A DNA stretch of 62,844 bases, filler included. It is 6 parts of 6 records of this genome, joined end to end, with 100 filler letters (N's around TTAATTAATTAA, not from the genome) between each part and the next. Parts side by side here need not be neighbours in the genome. Positions count along the whole stretch, not along the records: positions 1 to 25,692 come from SRR31156797_1767; 5 more parts are not named here. One strand, given 5' to 3'. The notes under the pieces are model-generated. The model was not told the DNA's origin. It made no database searches and saw only the letters and a list, made by a program, of their open reading frames with translations. Shown here piece after piece: positions 1 through 9,551 of this stretch; position 1 is the stretch's first letter, and each line of letters begins with the position of its first letter. The translations under genes and the position numbers were made by a program.

Positions 1-1137
1 GAACAGGAAATGGGGGTTGATCTGGGCCTGCAAGCGGCGGATTTCCGCATGGCTCAACATCTGCTCTTTGATTTGGATTTCTTCCAGTTCCAGTTGGGTG
101 GAGCAGAGGTTGGCCAGACCTTTAGCCATTTCAAATGATAGCTGATCGAGTTGGTTCCTGCGGGTTCCGTAAAGCTTGAGTGTGCCGACCACTTGTCCAT
201 TCTTGTGCAGGGGAACTACTGCTGCCGAGGTAAACGGGCAGCCCGGATAGGTGCAGCCGATTTGTGGGCTGGATTCCAGAAAGAGCGGTTCTCCTTCGTT
301 AAGTACTTGTAGGGTTGATTCGGTGCGTATTTTTTTACCCGGAAGATGGTGATCCGCTCCGGCGCCCACGTGAGCCAGCACGTTGACGTTGTCGGTAATG
401 GCAACAGCTGCGGCGCTGAGATGGGCGTGGATTATCTTGGCGGTTTCCTGTGCGGATTCAAGAGTTAGTCCTGAACGCAAATGGCTTACAGTCAGGTTGG
501 CGATATCAAGGATGTGTTGTGCCTTGACCGAGTCCTGCTTTGTTCCATGACGGAAAACAATGTTGATGACCTGCGCAAATAGTGCTGCACCAAAGGTGTT
601 CAGCACAATCATGGGCATGGCAATGAGTTTTACCAATTGCAGAGCTTCTTCGTAAGGATGGGAAAGATAGAGTACCATGATCATGTGTACTATTTCACCG
701 ACAAAGGCCAGTCCGGCTGCGGCCCGCCAGTCCATCTTTTTGCTTAGGTGCAGTGATACAATCCCGGCCGCCAGCCCTTCGATCATGGTCGCCGTACCGC
801 AGGGGACAGCGCTGAACCCGCCAAGGTCTATTAAGATGCGATGCCCCCCGGCGATGAGTCCTGCTCCGAGTCCCACCAGCGGTCCTCCGAAAAGTCCCCC
901 GGTGATAACTGCCATGGCGCGCAGGTTGGCAACTGACTGAAATACAAAGTTACCGCCATAAGTTCCCAAGATTCCGCAAATCCCAAAGATAAGAATCTGC
1001 ATTGCTATATCTGTTCTCGGAGAACTCTGGCGGAATCCGATTTTATGGATCGGGGTAATGGTCAAAAGCAGAAAAGCTCCGGCCACGATAAGGCCGAAAC
1101 GTTCGGCTAAAGTAATGATTAATGTTTCTGGGTTCAT
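1..1137 (-). CDS. LytS/YpdA/BtsS-family 5TM sensor histidine kinase, truncated by the window edge
   Basis: Read manually (absent from the ORF track): ATG at 1137, MNPETLIITLAERFGLIVAG..., hydrophobic 5TM-LYT region (ANLRAMAVITGGLFGGP..GLGAGLIAGGHR), and QAQINPHFLF H-box at the window edge. Confidence 0.9.
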   Translation of the reverse strand, partial: MNPETLIITLAERFGLIVAGAFLLLTITPIHKIGFRQSSPRTDIAMQILIFGICGILGTYGGNFVFQSVANLRAMAVITGGLFGGPLVGLGAGLIAGGHRILIDLGGFSAVPCGTATMIEGLAAGIVSLHLSKKMDWRAAAGLAFVGEIVHMIMVLYLSHPYEEALQLVKLIAMPMIVLNTFGAALFAQVINIVFRHGTKQDSVKAQHILDIANLTVSHLRSGLTLESAQETAKIIHAHLSAAAVAITDNVNVLAHVGAGADHHLPGKKIRTESTLQVLNEGEPLFLESSPQIGCTYPGCPFTSAAVVPLHKNGQVVGTLKLYGTRRNQLDQLSFEMAKGLANLCSTQLELEEIQIKEQMLSHAEIRRLQAQINPHFLF

Positions 1138-1166
1138 ATTTATATTGAGTAAATTTTTAAATAAAT

Positions 1167-1210
1167 GAAGCTGCGAAGCATACTAAAAGTTTTTAAGCCG
1201 CCGGAGGCAT
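1167..1210. repeat. Probable collapsed copy of a Desulfovibrionaceae intergenic REP-like element
   Basis: CTGCGAAGCATACTAAAAGTTTTT joined directly to AAGCCGCCGGAGGCAT between two co-oriented genes; family recognised from memory, single copy in window. Confidence 0.45.
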
Positions 1211-2002
1211 CTATGCTAATCCTAATCTCTGACGAAAATCTTTTACGCGGCCTTTGCTGATAATAATTTCCTGCTCATCAATATGCTTCATTGTTACCAC
1301 ATATTTGCCGTTAAACCATGGCGCAAAGTCACGCACATGGGTCAAGTTGACCATCTCGCCACGGTTGGTGCGGAAAAAAGGTTGTCCTTGCAATCGTTCT
1401 TCCAGTTTATCTAGAGTCTTGTCTCCGTAGCAGGGGAAAATGCCTTTTTGTGTGTAAACCATGATCTTTCGTTCCTCTACCCGGCAGAGGATGACGTCGG
1501 ATGGTTCTAGCAGCAGAATACGTCCGCTAGCTTCTACTGAAATGCGTAGTACTTTGGTCCCCAAGCCCATGGTGTCCAGCAGGGAGTTCATGTCCGGCAT
1601 TTCCACTTTTTCTTCACAATTGGCATAGACGAGGCAGCGAATACGTTGGATGGATTTTTCGAGCCTTTCGCTTGAGAGAGGCTTGAGAATGTAATCCACA
1701 GCATTCTCTTCAAAGGCTTGCAGGGCATATTCATCGTAAGCAGTGGCAAAAACCACCAGCGGTGGTTCTGGAAGCCGCATGATTTCCTGCAAGACATGAA
1801 AACCGTTCTTGCCAGGCATCTGGATATCCAGAAATACGAGATCCGGTTCTTTTTCTTCAATAAGTTTAATGCCTTTAGTGGCGGAGGTGGCTGTTCCTAT
1901 TACATCGATATCGTTGAATTCTGAAAGTAAAAAACTGAGCTCATCAAGGGCTGGGGTTTCATCATCAACGAGGATACAGCGTATATTTTGTTGGCTGGAC
2001 AT
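1211..2002 (-). CDS. LytTR-family response regulator
   Basis: REC domain (ILVDDE, FLDIQMPG, FATAY, DYILKP) plus LytTR domain (FFRTNRGEMVN); likely start ATG 2002 (MSSQQ). Confidence 0.92.
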   Translation of the reverse strand: MSSQQNIRCILVDDETPALDELSFLLSEFNDIDVIGTATSATKGIKLIEEKEPDLVFLDIQMPGKNGFHVLQEIMRLPEPPLVVFATAYDEYALQAFEENAVDYILKPLSSERLEKSIQRIRCLVYANCEEKVEMPDMNSLLDTMGLGTKVLRISVEASGRILLLEPSDVILCRVEERKIMVYTQKGIFPCYGDKTLDKLEERLQGQPFFRTNRGEMVNLTHVRDFAPWFNGKYVVTMKHIDEQEIIISKGRVKDFRQRLGLA

Positions 2003-2082
2003 GAATTCGTCCTTAAAGTGAAAATCGTTGAAAAGCAAATATGAAAAAAGGGTACAAGCTCCAGCCTGTACCCTTATGTTGG

Positions 2083-3783
2083 TTATTCTGCCTTGTGTAC
2101 AACCAATTGGTCAAAGGGAATATTCCATCCGAAATGGGTACAGGCATCTACGCTGTATCGTTGCAGAGCGCGGTTCAATCTTCCATACAATGCGGCGATA
2201 TCACGGTGGAAATCGGCAATGATGACCAGATTGAGCGATGATGCGGCAGCGGATTCGAATTCTACGTTCAGGTTGAGTACGTGTTCGGTGTAACCGTCCT
2301 CTTCAAGCCTGGCGGCGATGAATTCCTTAGCCTGCTTGAGGATGGTGGAAGTGCATTCTCCCTGATGAGCATAGTCAATGCCGAATACGGATTTTAGACG
2401 GAAATTGCGAGACAAGTTTTTGGGGTTGAGGCCTAGAAAGTCTGAGGTTTGGTAGGTTACGTAGGCTCCGCCGCGTTGGATCAGTTCCACCATGTCAGGG
2501 GACTGGCTGATTACTTTGCCGCGGACACCGTCAGAGAGGATAACCCAGTCATCGATCATGCAGGGGAACCATGGTTCGTTTTTGCCTACCGGGCGTGAAA
2601 TGACATTTTCCAGTTCGCCGATGGGCAGCCTGATTTTGCTGGGGCTTAAGGCCGGGTTTTTCAGCTTGGCAAAAAGCGCGAGCCTGTCCACTTGCCAGGG
2701 AACTCCGTTGTAGGTGATGCGTTCGTTTTCGCGGACGGAACCGAGGTTGAGAATTAGTTTTACCTGTTCGTAGTAACGGGTAAAACCTTCTCGGGCGGTC
2801 CAGAGCGCACCTATGATGAAGATGATGGCAATGCTGAGCAGAAACCAGTCACCGGAAATGTAAAGGGTGAAAAGTGAGGCGGAAGTTGCCGCAATGACAG
2901 CAAAGATCAGTAAGAGTACTTCAATAAGCCGAATATAAAATGGGCGTTCTTTATTTTTGAAAGCCGGGTGGGTTTTTTTGAAAACACGATCCACAAAGCG
3001 GAAAAAAAAGAAAACTCCACCAAAGGCCAGCAGGGCGATGAGAATGTTTTTGCCTCTGCTTTTGAAGAATATGGCCATGACTTTCTTAGTTGATTCGTAG
3101 AAAGACTGTTTATCCTTGGTAAGTTCTTTGAGCTCAAAGCGGGCAACATCAAGTTGGTTGTCAATGTTAGTTCGTCTCTTTTCAAAATCTGTTTTGAGTA
3201 TTCCAAGTTCCCATTTGAGGACCGGAGATTTGCTTGCATCAATCAGAACATCAATGTTTCTTACAGCTTCTTCGGCCCTTGGAAGTCTACTTTCAAAGTA
3301 TGCGACCCGACTTTTTAGGCGTTCGATCTGTCGGGGACGCTTGGTCATTTCCTTGAGTTCCTGAAGCAGAGGGCGGACTAAGGTTTCCACTTCTTCCTGC
3401 CAGACGAAATTTTGCTGTGCATCTTCATTGAAAATGGTGAGATCGAGTCCGGTGGCTACTTTTACGAAATTCTGGCGGACATCTTTAAGCTGCTGCTTGA
3501 GGTCGGTCAACTTTATGGACAGGGTCTCCTTGTCCATTTGATGACGGGCTTTTTTGAGTTCTTTTTTGGTATCCGCAATCTGCTTTTCCAGCGTGGTTTT
3601 GTATTGTAGGAGGTTAATGAGTGTTTCGGATTGGGTTGTCTGTTGTTCAGCGAGACTTTCAGCTACTTCTGCTGAACCGTTAGCGGAAGTTGCGGTCTGG
3701 GCTGTTGCATGAATCGGGCTTTGCAACAGAAGAAATACGGATAAAACGGCTATAGCCGGAAAAAAACGGAAAATCTTGGTCAT
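2083..3783 (-). CDS. MscS-like mechanosensitive channel protein with N-terminal periplasmic coiled coil
   Basis: Signal peptide, long coiled coil, 3 TM helices, then MscS-like C-terminus (FGIDY...NIPFDQLVVH). Confidence 0.65.
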   Translation of the reverse strand: MTKIFRFFPAIAVLSVFLLLQSPIHATAQTATSANGSAEVAESLAEQQTTQSETLINLLQYKTTLEKQIADTKKELKKARHQMDKETLSIKLTDLKQQLKDVRQNFVKVATGLDLTIFNEDAQQNFVWQEEVETLVRPLLQELKEMTKRPRQIERLKSRVAYFESRLPRAEEAVRNIDVLIDASKSPVLKWELGILKTDFEKRRTNIDNQLDVARFELKELTKDKQSFYESTKKVMAIFFKSRGKNILIALLAFGGVFFFFRFVDRVFKKTHPAFKNKERPFYIRLIEVLLLIFAVIAATSASLFTLYISGDWFLLSIAIIFIIGALWTAREGFTRYYEQVKLILNLGSVRENERITYNGVPWQVDRLALFAKLKNPALSPSKIRLPIGELENVISRPVGKNEPWFPCMIDDWVILSDGVRGKVISQSPDMVELIQRGGAYVTYQTSDFLGLNPKNLSRNFRLKSVFGIDYAHQGECTSTILKQAKEFIAARLEEDGYTEHVLNLNVEFESAAASSLNLVIIADFHRDIAALYGRLNRALQRYSVDACTHFGWNIPFDQLVVHKAE

Positions 3784-3880
3784 AATGGTCAGTTCCTGAT
3801 TGGATTAAATAATTAAACAGCCTTCTATAAGTACCTAAAATTGTCAGGGGCGATCAAGTTATTTATTGATCGGAGAAATG

Positions 3881-3927
3881 AAAAAGCAGGCACGTGGATA
3901 AAAAAAAGTCCTTCATGCCTGCTCTTG
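3881..3927. terminator. Probable intrinsic terminator after the T1SS operon
   Basis: Imperfect stem AGCAGGCA...TGCCTGCT preceded by an A-run (U-tail on the minus strand). Confidence 0.5.
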
Positions 3928-3954
3928 TAAGCTTTGTTTTTATATGATGGATAG

Positions 3955-5955
3955 TTAAAAATCTACATGGCTTTCTTGCAGGATTGCTTTGCCGGATTGT
4001 GTTTCGATTACTGCACCAAGGGCTTCGATAACAGTACTGTCGTACTTTTTGTCCGCCATGCTTTTCAGGATATCAACGGCCTGATGGGCTGTTTTGGCCT
4101 TCCTGTATGAACGTTTCTGAACCAGCGCGCTAAAGGTGTTGGTTACCCCAAGAATTCTGGCCAGAGTGGATATGCTTTTACCTTCCAGCTGGTTGGGATA
4201 GCCTGTGCCGTCAAGTGTCTCCTGCATCTGCCAGATGGTCTGGGTGATGGGCAGATCGAATTCAACGCCATCAAGGATCTTGCAGGTGTGCTCAATATAT
4301 CTCTGGGTTTCTTTAATCTCTTCCGGGCTGAGCTTGCCTTCTTTTTCCATGATTTCTCTTGGAACAAAGGTTTTACCCACCTGAGAGAGAATTGCCGCAG
4401 CTTCAACTGTTGCACAATCAGCATCACTTAAGAGCAGTGTCTCAGCGATTTCAAGGGCTAGCTTACGCATGAGCGATGTGTGGCCGTCCAGAAACGGGAC
4501 ACTCTCCACTGCCCGGATCAAGGCATTGATGACCTGCTGGCGAACTTCAATTCCTCTTTCAGACGCATTTTTTTCCGAGGTAACATCCCGATATACCGTC
4601 AGGATTGCGTCGCTTTCCTCATCAACGGAACAGGGAACAAAAGTAACCTGAATAGTCGATTTGCTGGAGCCACGGGTCAGGGTCAACTCCTCGCTATAAG
4701 AGCTGTTGGACATGCTGACCATTTGGTCGCCATGGGAAAGGGTTTCGGCTTCAGCGTGGTCAAAGACCTGATTGTCAGTCAGGTTCAGGGCTTCTTTCTG
4801 CTTTAGCCCGGTGAAATTAGTGAAGGATTTATTTACATGGATAAATGCTCCGCCTTTACTCTTTTTCAGGCTTATTGGTTCCGGCAGGGCATTGTTGATG
4901 ATGCGCAACAGGGAAAGCTCATTTTGCAGAGCAGCAATTTTTTCTTCCAGTCTGGAACTTTTGCGGTGGTATTTACGGGTGGAGACGATAAAGCGGACAG
5001 TAAGCACAAAGAAGATCATTGCCGCAAGAAGCAAAGAAGCGAAAATAATGCTTTCCTGTTGGTAGATTGAAATAATTCTGTTCGGCACCGTAGTGGCAGT
5101 TTCAACCATTACCCACCAGTTTACTACAGGAATAAACCGGGCAGTGGAGTAGACTTCTTTTTCCATGGAAAGATCAGTTCTTATTCCGAAAAGAACTTCG
5201 CTGAACCCATCAAAAGATACTTCCATGGTTTGGAGTTTCAGACTGTTGGGATAGCTGAATATGGCTTCTTCGCTGCTCTTGCCGTTCTGCTGGATCAGGT
5301 GGATTGAACTTTCATATTTAAAGGTTAGTTCAGAGCCGAGAAAAGTCTGTAGGGCGGCAGTCATGGGAACTTCAAGCATAAGTACCCGTGATGGCGGTGT
5401 GGATGTGCTGGTGGCATACGCATCGTAAACAGGCAGAAAAAGATCGGCAACCAGACCATTTCCTTTAGTTCGAAGCGGTGTAAACATGGGGGTACGGCTA
5501 TGTAGGGTCTTTTGAACAGCCTGTTTGTGCCCTCGTCCCATAATTTCTTCCGCTACTTCGGTGGATGCGAAAATATTTCCGTCCGGTTCAAAAAGACAGC
5601 CTGCGGAGTATCCGCTGACTTTGACGAAGTTTTCGAAGTCTTCTTGAGCCTTACGAACTTCATTTTTCTTTTGGGATTTTAGGCCGTCCATGGCGAGCCT
5701 GAAAATTCTGGCTCGGGCCAGTTCCTTGCCGCGAATTACGTAGTTAATCAACTGGGAAGAAAGCAGTTCCGATTCATTTTCAAGAACAGCCTTTTGATAA
5801 TTTTTAAGATCAGTGCGGACGGTCTGTTCTTTTTCTTTCCAAAGGTAGCTGAGCGTTTCAAAAGTTCCGCCTGTCAGTGCCAGCACCAGCAGGATCAGCA
5901 GCAGATTTTTGATGGAGAAAATCTGTTTGATAGTTGCAGTAATATTGTTCGCCAT
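3955..5955 (-). CDS. Inner-membrane TM-periplasmic(Cache-like)-TM-PAS protein with degenerate HD-GYP domain; putative c-di-GMP receptor (DvhD-like)
   Basis: Two TM helices, PAS (LPEPISLK..VNKSF), DGTGYP retained, but HD is SQ (LSQVGK), HHE is MQE and the late Asp motif is TNTFSAL; likely start ATG 5955 with CAGGAA upstream. Confidence 0.8.
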   Translation of the reverse strand: MANNITATIKQIFSIKNLLLILLVLALTGGTFETLSYLWKEKEQTVRTDLKNYQKAVLENESELLSSQLINYVIRGKELARARIFRLAMDGLKSQKKNEVRKAQEDFENFVKVSGYSAGCLFEPDGNIFASTEVAEEIMGRGHKQAVQKTLHSRTPMFTPLRTKGNGLVADLFLPVYDAYATSTSTPPSRVLMLEVPMTAALQTFLGSELTFKYESSIHLIQQNGKSSEEAIFSYPNSLKLQTMEVSFDGFSEVLFGIRTDLSMEKEVYSTARFIPVVNWWVMVETATTVPNRIISIYQQESIIFASLLLAAMIFFVLTVRFIVSTRKYHRKSSRLEEKIAALQNELSLLRIINNALPEPISLKKSKGGAFIHVNKSFTNFTGLKQKEALNLTDNQVFDHAEAETLSHGDQMVSMSNSSYSEELTLTRGSSKSTIQVTFVPCSVDEESDAILTVYRDVTSEKNASERGIEVRQQVINALIRAVESVPFLDGHTSLMRKLALEIAETLLLSDADCATVEAAAILSQVGKTFVPREIMEKEGKLSPEEIKETQRYIEHTCKILDGVEFDLPITQTIWQMQETLDGTGYPNQLEGKSISTLARILGVTNTFSALVQKRSYRKAKTAHQAVDILKSMADKKYDSTVIEALGAVIETQSGKAILQESHVDF

Positions 5956-5992
5956 TTTTATTTCCTGTTCATGAACTTGGTGGTCACGATTA

Positions 5993-7285
5993 TCAGCGGG
6001 TTCTGTGTTCGGAAAGGGCACCACGCATTCCCCTTGTGATAGGGGAGAGCAGGTATTCAAGTACACTTTCTTCGCCGGAGAGAATGTTAACTTCTACGAT
6101 CATACCCGGCAGGAATTCTTTAACCTTATCCGCATCTTCCTTAATGGTATTGAAGATTACACGGTAGTACCATGTGCGGGTCAGGTCATCGAAGTATGTC
6201 TTGGCCGAGATGTTGACGATCTTGGCTTTTAGCATGGTCTGATCTGAAAATTCATATGATGAAGGCCTGATTTTGGCCGTCATGCCGTTCCATATTTTGG
6301 TCCGGTCACTGGGCTGAACTTTGCCTTCAATGCGAATGGTGGCATCAAGGGGCACGATTTCAGCCAGTGCTTCTCCGGAACGGACAATGCCGCCCACAGT
6401 GTTTGCACTGAGTTTGTAGATGGTGCCATCAATGGGGGAGCGGATAACGCTTCGCACAATCTGTTCGTTAGCGGCATTCAGTTCTTCGCGGACCCCTTTC
6501 AGCTCAGAGCTGACAAGGTTGATCTCTTCGCGGATATCCCGGTAAAAATCCAGCTCTTCTTGATTAATGCGCTGTTCCAGCTCGCGGATCTCAAGGGAGT
6601 ACTCATCCCGTTTGTTATAAATCTCGGCAATGCTGGTAGTGATTTTAGCCAGCTCGGTTTTGCGTTGTAGCAGAAGCTGACGGGAACCGATTCCTTTTTT
6701 TACCATGGGTTCCAGCATATCGTGCTGTTCTTTGAGTACCTTTTGTTCATCAAGCAGGTTCTTCACATGCTCTTCACTGGCAGAACGGGCTGCCTTAGAT
6801 TGCTGGATCTGGGTTTTAAGGATATTGATTTTTTCTTCAAGTGCATCTCCTCGGATGCGGGCGAATTGAATTTCGCTCCTTTCTTCCGGGGTCGAAGATT
6901 TTTGCGCGAACTTATCTGTATTGTTGTTGCTTTCGGCAATGAGACGGTTCAGCTTGGCTTGTAGCCGTTTCATTTTGATAAGGGATTTATTTCTTTTTTC
7001 AGTGATATTTGTGTTGGCAATGGCGACAATTTCCTGTCCTTTGCGGACCGTATCACCTTCCTCGACAAACACTTTTTCAACCACGCCACCCTCAAAGTGT
7101 CCCACGATTTTATCGGTAAGGTTGGTTTCCACTACACCTTGAGCACGTACTGTCTTTTCTATCTTGCTGGAGTGTGCCCACAGCATGAAAACAGCTGAAA
7201 AGGACAGTATGAGCAGCAGGACAATGCAGTTACCGAGGCTTTTCTCTAAGGACCAGAGCAGATTGCTTTTCCAGTTTTTTCCCAT
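5993..7285 (-). CDS. HlyD-family T1SS membrane fusion protein (SiiD/LapC-like)
   Basis: Single N-terminal TM, EGGVVEKVFVEEGDTVRKGQ, IRSPIDGTI, GGIVRSGEALAEIVP, LPGM, SVLEYLLSP. Confidence 0.93.
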   Translation of the reverse strand: MGKNWKSNLLWSLEKSLGNCIVLLLILSFSAVFMLWAHSSKIEKTVRAQGVVETNLTDKIVGHFEGGVVEKVFVEEGDTVRKGQEIVAIANTNITEKRNKSLIKMKRLQAKLNRLIAESNNNTDKFAQKSSTPEERSEIQFARIRGDALEEKINILKTQIQQSKAARSASEEHVKNLLDEQKVLKEQHDMLEPMVKKGIGSRQLLLQRKTELAKITTSIAEIYNKRDEYSLEIRELEQRINQEELDFYRDIREEINLVSSELKGVREELNAANEQIVRSVIRSPIDGTIYKLSANTVGGIVRSGEALAEIVPLDATIRIEGKVQPSDRTKIWNGMTAKIRPSSYEFSDQTMLKAKIVNISAKTYFDDLTRTWYYRVIFNTIKEDADKVKEFLPGMIVEVNILSGEESVLEYLLSPITRGMRGALSEHRTR

Positions 7286-7287
7286 GA

Positions 7288-9540
7288 TTACCCCTGTCTG
7301 GCCGGAGCCGGGCTGGAAAGTTTCCGGATGATTTCGTCGCGCGGGCCGTCGGCGACAATGCGGCCTTGATCCACAACGAGAATTCTATCCACAACCTCAA
7401 GAATCTGCGGTCTGTGGGTGACTACGAAAATGGACTTATCGGCCATGGTCCCCTTGATCTGATGGATGAGCATACGTTCCTGTGTGGAGTCCATGGAGCT
7501 GGTCGGTTCATCAAGTAGCAGCAGGGGCGGGGAGCTGATCAGTGCTCGGGCAACCGCCACGGCCTGACGCTGTCCTCTTGAAAGGTTCTTTCCTCCTTCG
7601 AGGATGGGCATTTTAAGGCCTAGCGGGTGTTTGGAAACAAATCTTTCAATGCCGGAAATAGCCAGAGCCTGTTGCAGCGATTCCTGAGTGGCTGCGCGTG
7701 AGCCCATGAGTAGGTTAAGTTCAAGAGTGCCGTGAAAAAGCACGGGAGACTGTGGAACTACGCCGACAAATTCACGCACTTTTTCGATGTTCAGGTGGGC
7801 CATATTGTGCCCGTCCAGCATGATCAGTCCTTCACTGGGGTCTGCCAACCCGGCCAGTAGTTTGAGCAGGGTTGATTTACCGCTGCCCATGGGGCCTATG
7901 ATCCCTACTTTTTCCCCCGGTTTTATTTCAAAGGAGATGTTTTCAAGGGCGTATGGTGATTCCGGCTGGTAGCGGAAAGAAACGCTGTCGAAGCGCACTC
8001 CGCCGCTCAGTTGCTGGATTTTGAACTGGCGGGTTTCGCAGCTTTCTTTTTCCAGTTCAATGATTTTACGCAGGTCCTTGTATGAACGGCGTGCAAACAG
8101 GTAAGAGGTTATTAAATTTGACATACTTGCGGAAACCGCAATGCAGCGGCCGGAAAGAACCATAGTCGCCAGCAGGCCACCACTGCTCATGCTTCCGTTT
8201 TTGATCAAGAAGAATGCAACAATGAGCAGTCCTGCGGAGTTGAGTTGACCCAAAAATCCGGTGGTCATGGAACAGCGTGATTGGGCAAGACGGTATTTTG
8301 AGGACATCTCTCCAGACTTTTCAATTTCAGAAGCCCAGCGGGAAACAAAGAGTCTTGCCGCATTGGTTACTTTTATGGATTCAACACCATTGAAAATTTC
8401 ATTTAAAAATGAACTTTTGCGTGATTGCAGTTTGCTTTGGGCTGATACGTTTGTATCAATGAAAAAGCCGTAGACGATAGCTACAATCAGGACCAGAAAA
8501 GAAGTCACAGCCGGAACAGCAAAGAGCATTCCGCTGTTCAGGTAAATGATGAAGAGAAAGAAAAATAGAAAGAAGAAATCAATGGACCCGACCACCAGTT
8601 GGGTCGTGAACAAGGATTTAATGCGTGAGAATTCCTGCACTGCATGAGTCAGATGTCCAGCTGAGATCGGTAGCTTAGAGTAGTTGGTGTCCAGCACAAG
8701 GGATAGTAGTTGCGGTTCTGCGTCCTGCTCCACGCGCAAGGCTGCCTTTTCCACAAGTGAGGTACGCACATTCTTGAGGATATAGTCAAAGGCAAGTACT
8801 ATTATGGCCCCAGTGATCAGCACCTTGAGCGAGTTCTCCGCAAGGTTGGGGAGGATGCGGTCATAGAAGATACCCATCAGCAGGGGGATGACCAGAGTAA
8901 AGCAATGGATCATCACCGTGGCCAGTATGACTTGGGAGTACATGGGCCACATCTTGCTGATCTGTCCCATAAACCAGGTAAGGCTTAAAAAGGGGACTTT
9001 GTCAGTCTCGAAGACAGGCTTAAGCGAACAGGACCAGTCTTTGAATTCCGAGAATTCAGACTCCCGGTTCCTGATGATTTCCTGTCTGCCGTTCCAGAGG
9101 GTCAGTCTTCGGCCTACTTTTTCCTCGATAAGCGCAAAGCTGCCGTCTGAGTATTGCACAATCAGAGGCAGCATTTCATCTTCTATTTTCAGCGGCAGGG
9201 GCTTGATGGATAGGTTCAGCCCCATATTATCCGCCTGTAACCGCAGGTATTCATTAGTAGGTGACGCACTACCCAGTTGCAGGGAACTGCCGGTAACTAC
9301 TATGCCGTATTTATCGGCAATTTTTTTCAGGCAGGAGGTTACCGAGGCCCCTTTTTCATCTTCACCGGGGTTGAATAGGCCTATATTTTCCTGAGGTACA
9401 AAGTCCTTTTTGTCAAAATCGTTGTTATCCTGCTGAGTTGCACTTTTGGTGTCAATAGTATCGCCGGAATCTGAGGCTGATTTTGTTTGTTGCTCAGCCT
9501 CAGGCTCTGGAGCCGGGGTTGGTTTTTTCTGGTTGTCCAA
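7288..9540 (-). CDS. T1SS ABC transporter/permease (SiiF/LapB/LssB-like) with C39-like N-domain
   Basis: FYDRILPN, Walker A GPMGSGKST, signature LSRGQRQ, Walker B LLLLDEPT, H-loop VTHR; TTG start. Confidence 0.93.
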   Translation of the reverse strand: MDNQKKPTPAPEPEAEQQTKSASDSGDTIDTKSATQQDNNDFDKKDFVPQENIGLFNPGEDEKGASVTSCLKKIADKYGIVVTGSSLQLGSASPTNEYLRLQADNMGLNLSIKPLPLKIEDEMLPLIVQYSDGSFALIEEKVGRRLTLWNGRQEIIRNRESEFSEFKDWSCSLKPVFETDKVPFLSLTWFMGQISKMWPMYSQVILATVMIHCFTLVIPLLMGIFYDRILPNLAENSLKVLITGAIIVLAFDYILKNVRTSLVEKAALRVEQDAEPQLLSLVLDTNYSKLPISAGHLTHAVQEFSRIKSLFTTQLVVGSIDFFFLFFFLFIIYLNSGMLFAVPAVTSFLVLIVAIVYGFFIDTNVSAQSKLQSRKSSFLNEIFNGVESIKVTNAARLFVSRWASEIEKSGEMSSKYRLAQSRCSMTTGFLGQLNSAGLLIVAFFLIKNGSMSSGGLLATMVLSGRCIAVSASMSNLITSYLFARRSYKDLRKIIELEKESCETRQFKIQQLSGGVRFDSVSFRYQPESPYALENISFEIKPGEKVGIIGPMGSGKSTLLKLLAGLADPSEGLIMLDGHNMAHLNIEKVREFVGVVPQSPVLFHGTLELNLLMGSRAATQESLQQALAISGIERFVSKHPLGLKMPILEGGKNLSRGQRQAVAVARALISSPPLLLLDEPTSSMDSTQERMLIHQIKGTMADKSIFVVTHRPQILEVVDRILVVDQGRIVADGPRDEIIRKLSSPAPARQG

Positions 9541-9551
9541 GTCCCTGCCCC

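Noticed and set aside
5956-6066. 74-nt overlap between HlyD and the HD-GYP gene
   Set aside because: Artefact of longest-ORF calling; ATG 5955 has an SD and precedes the first TM helix
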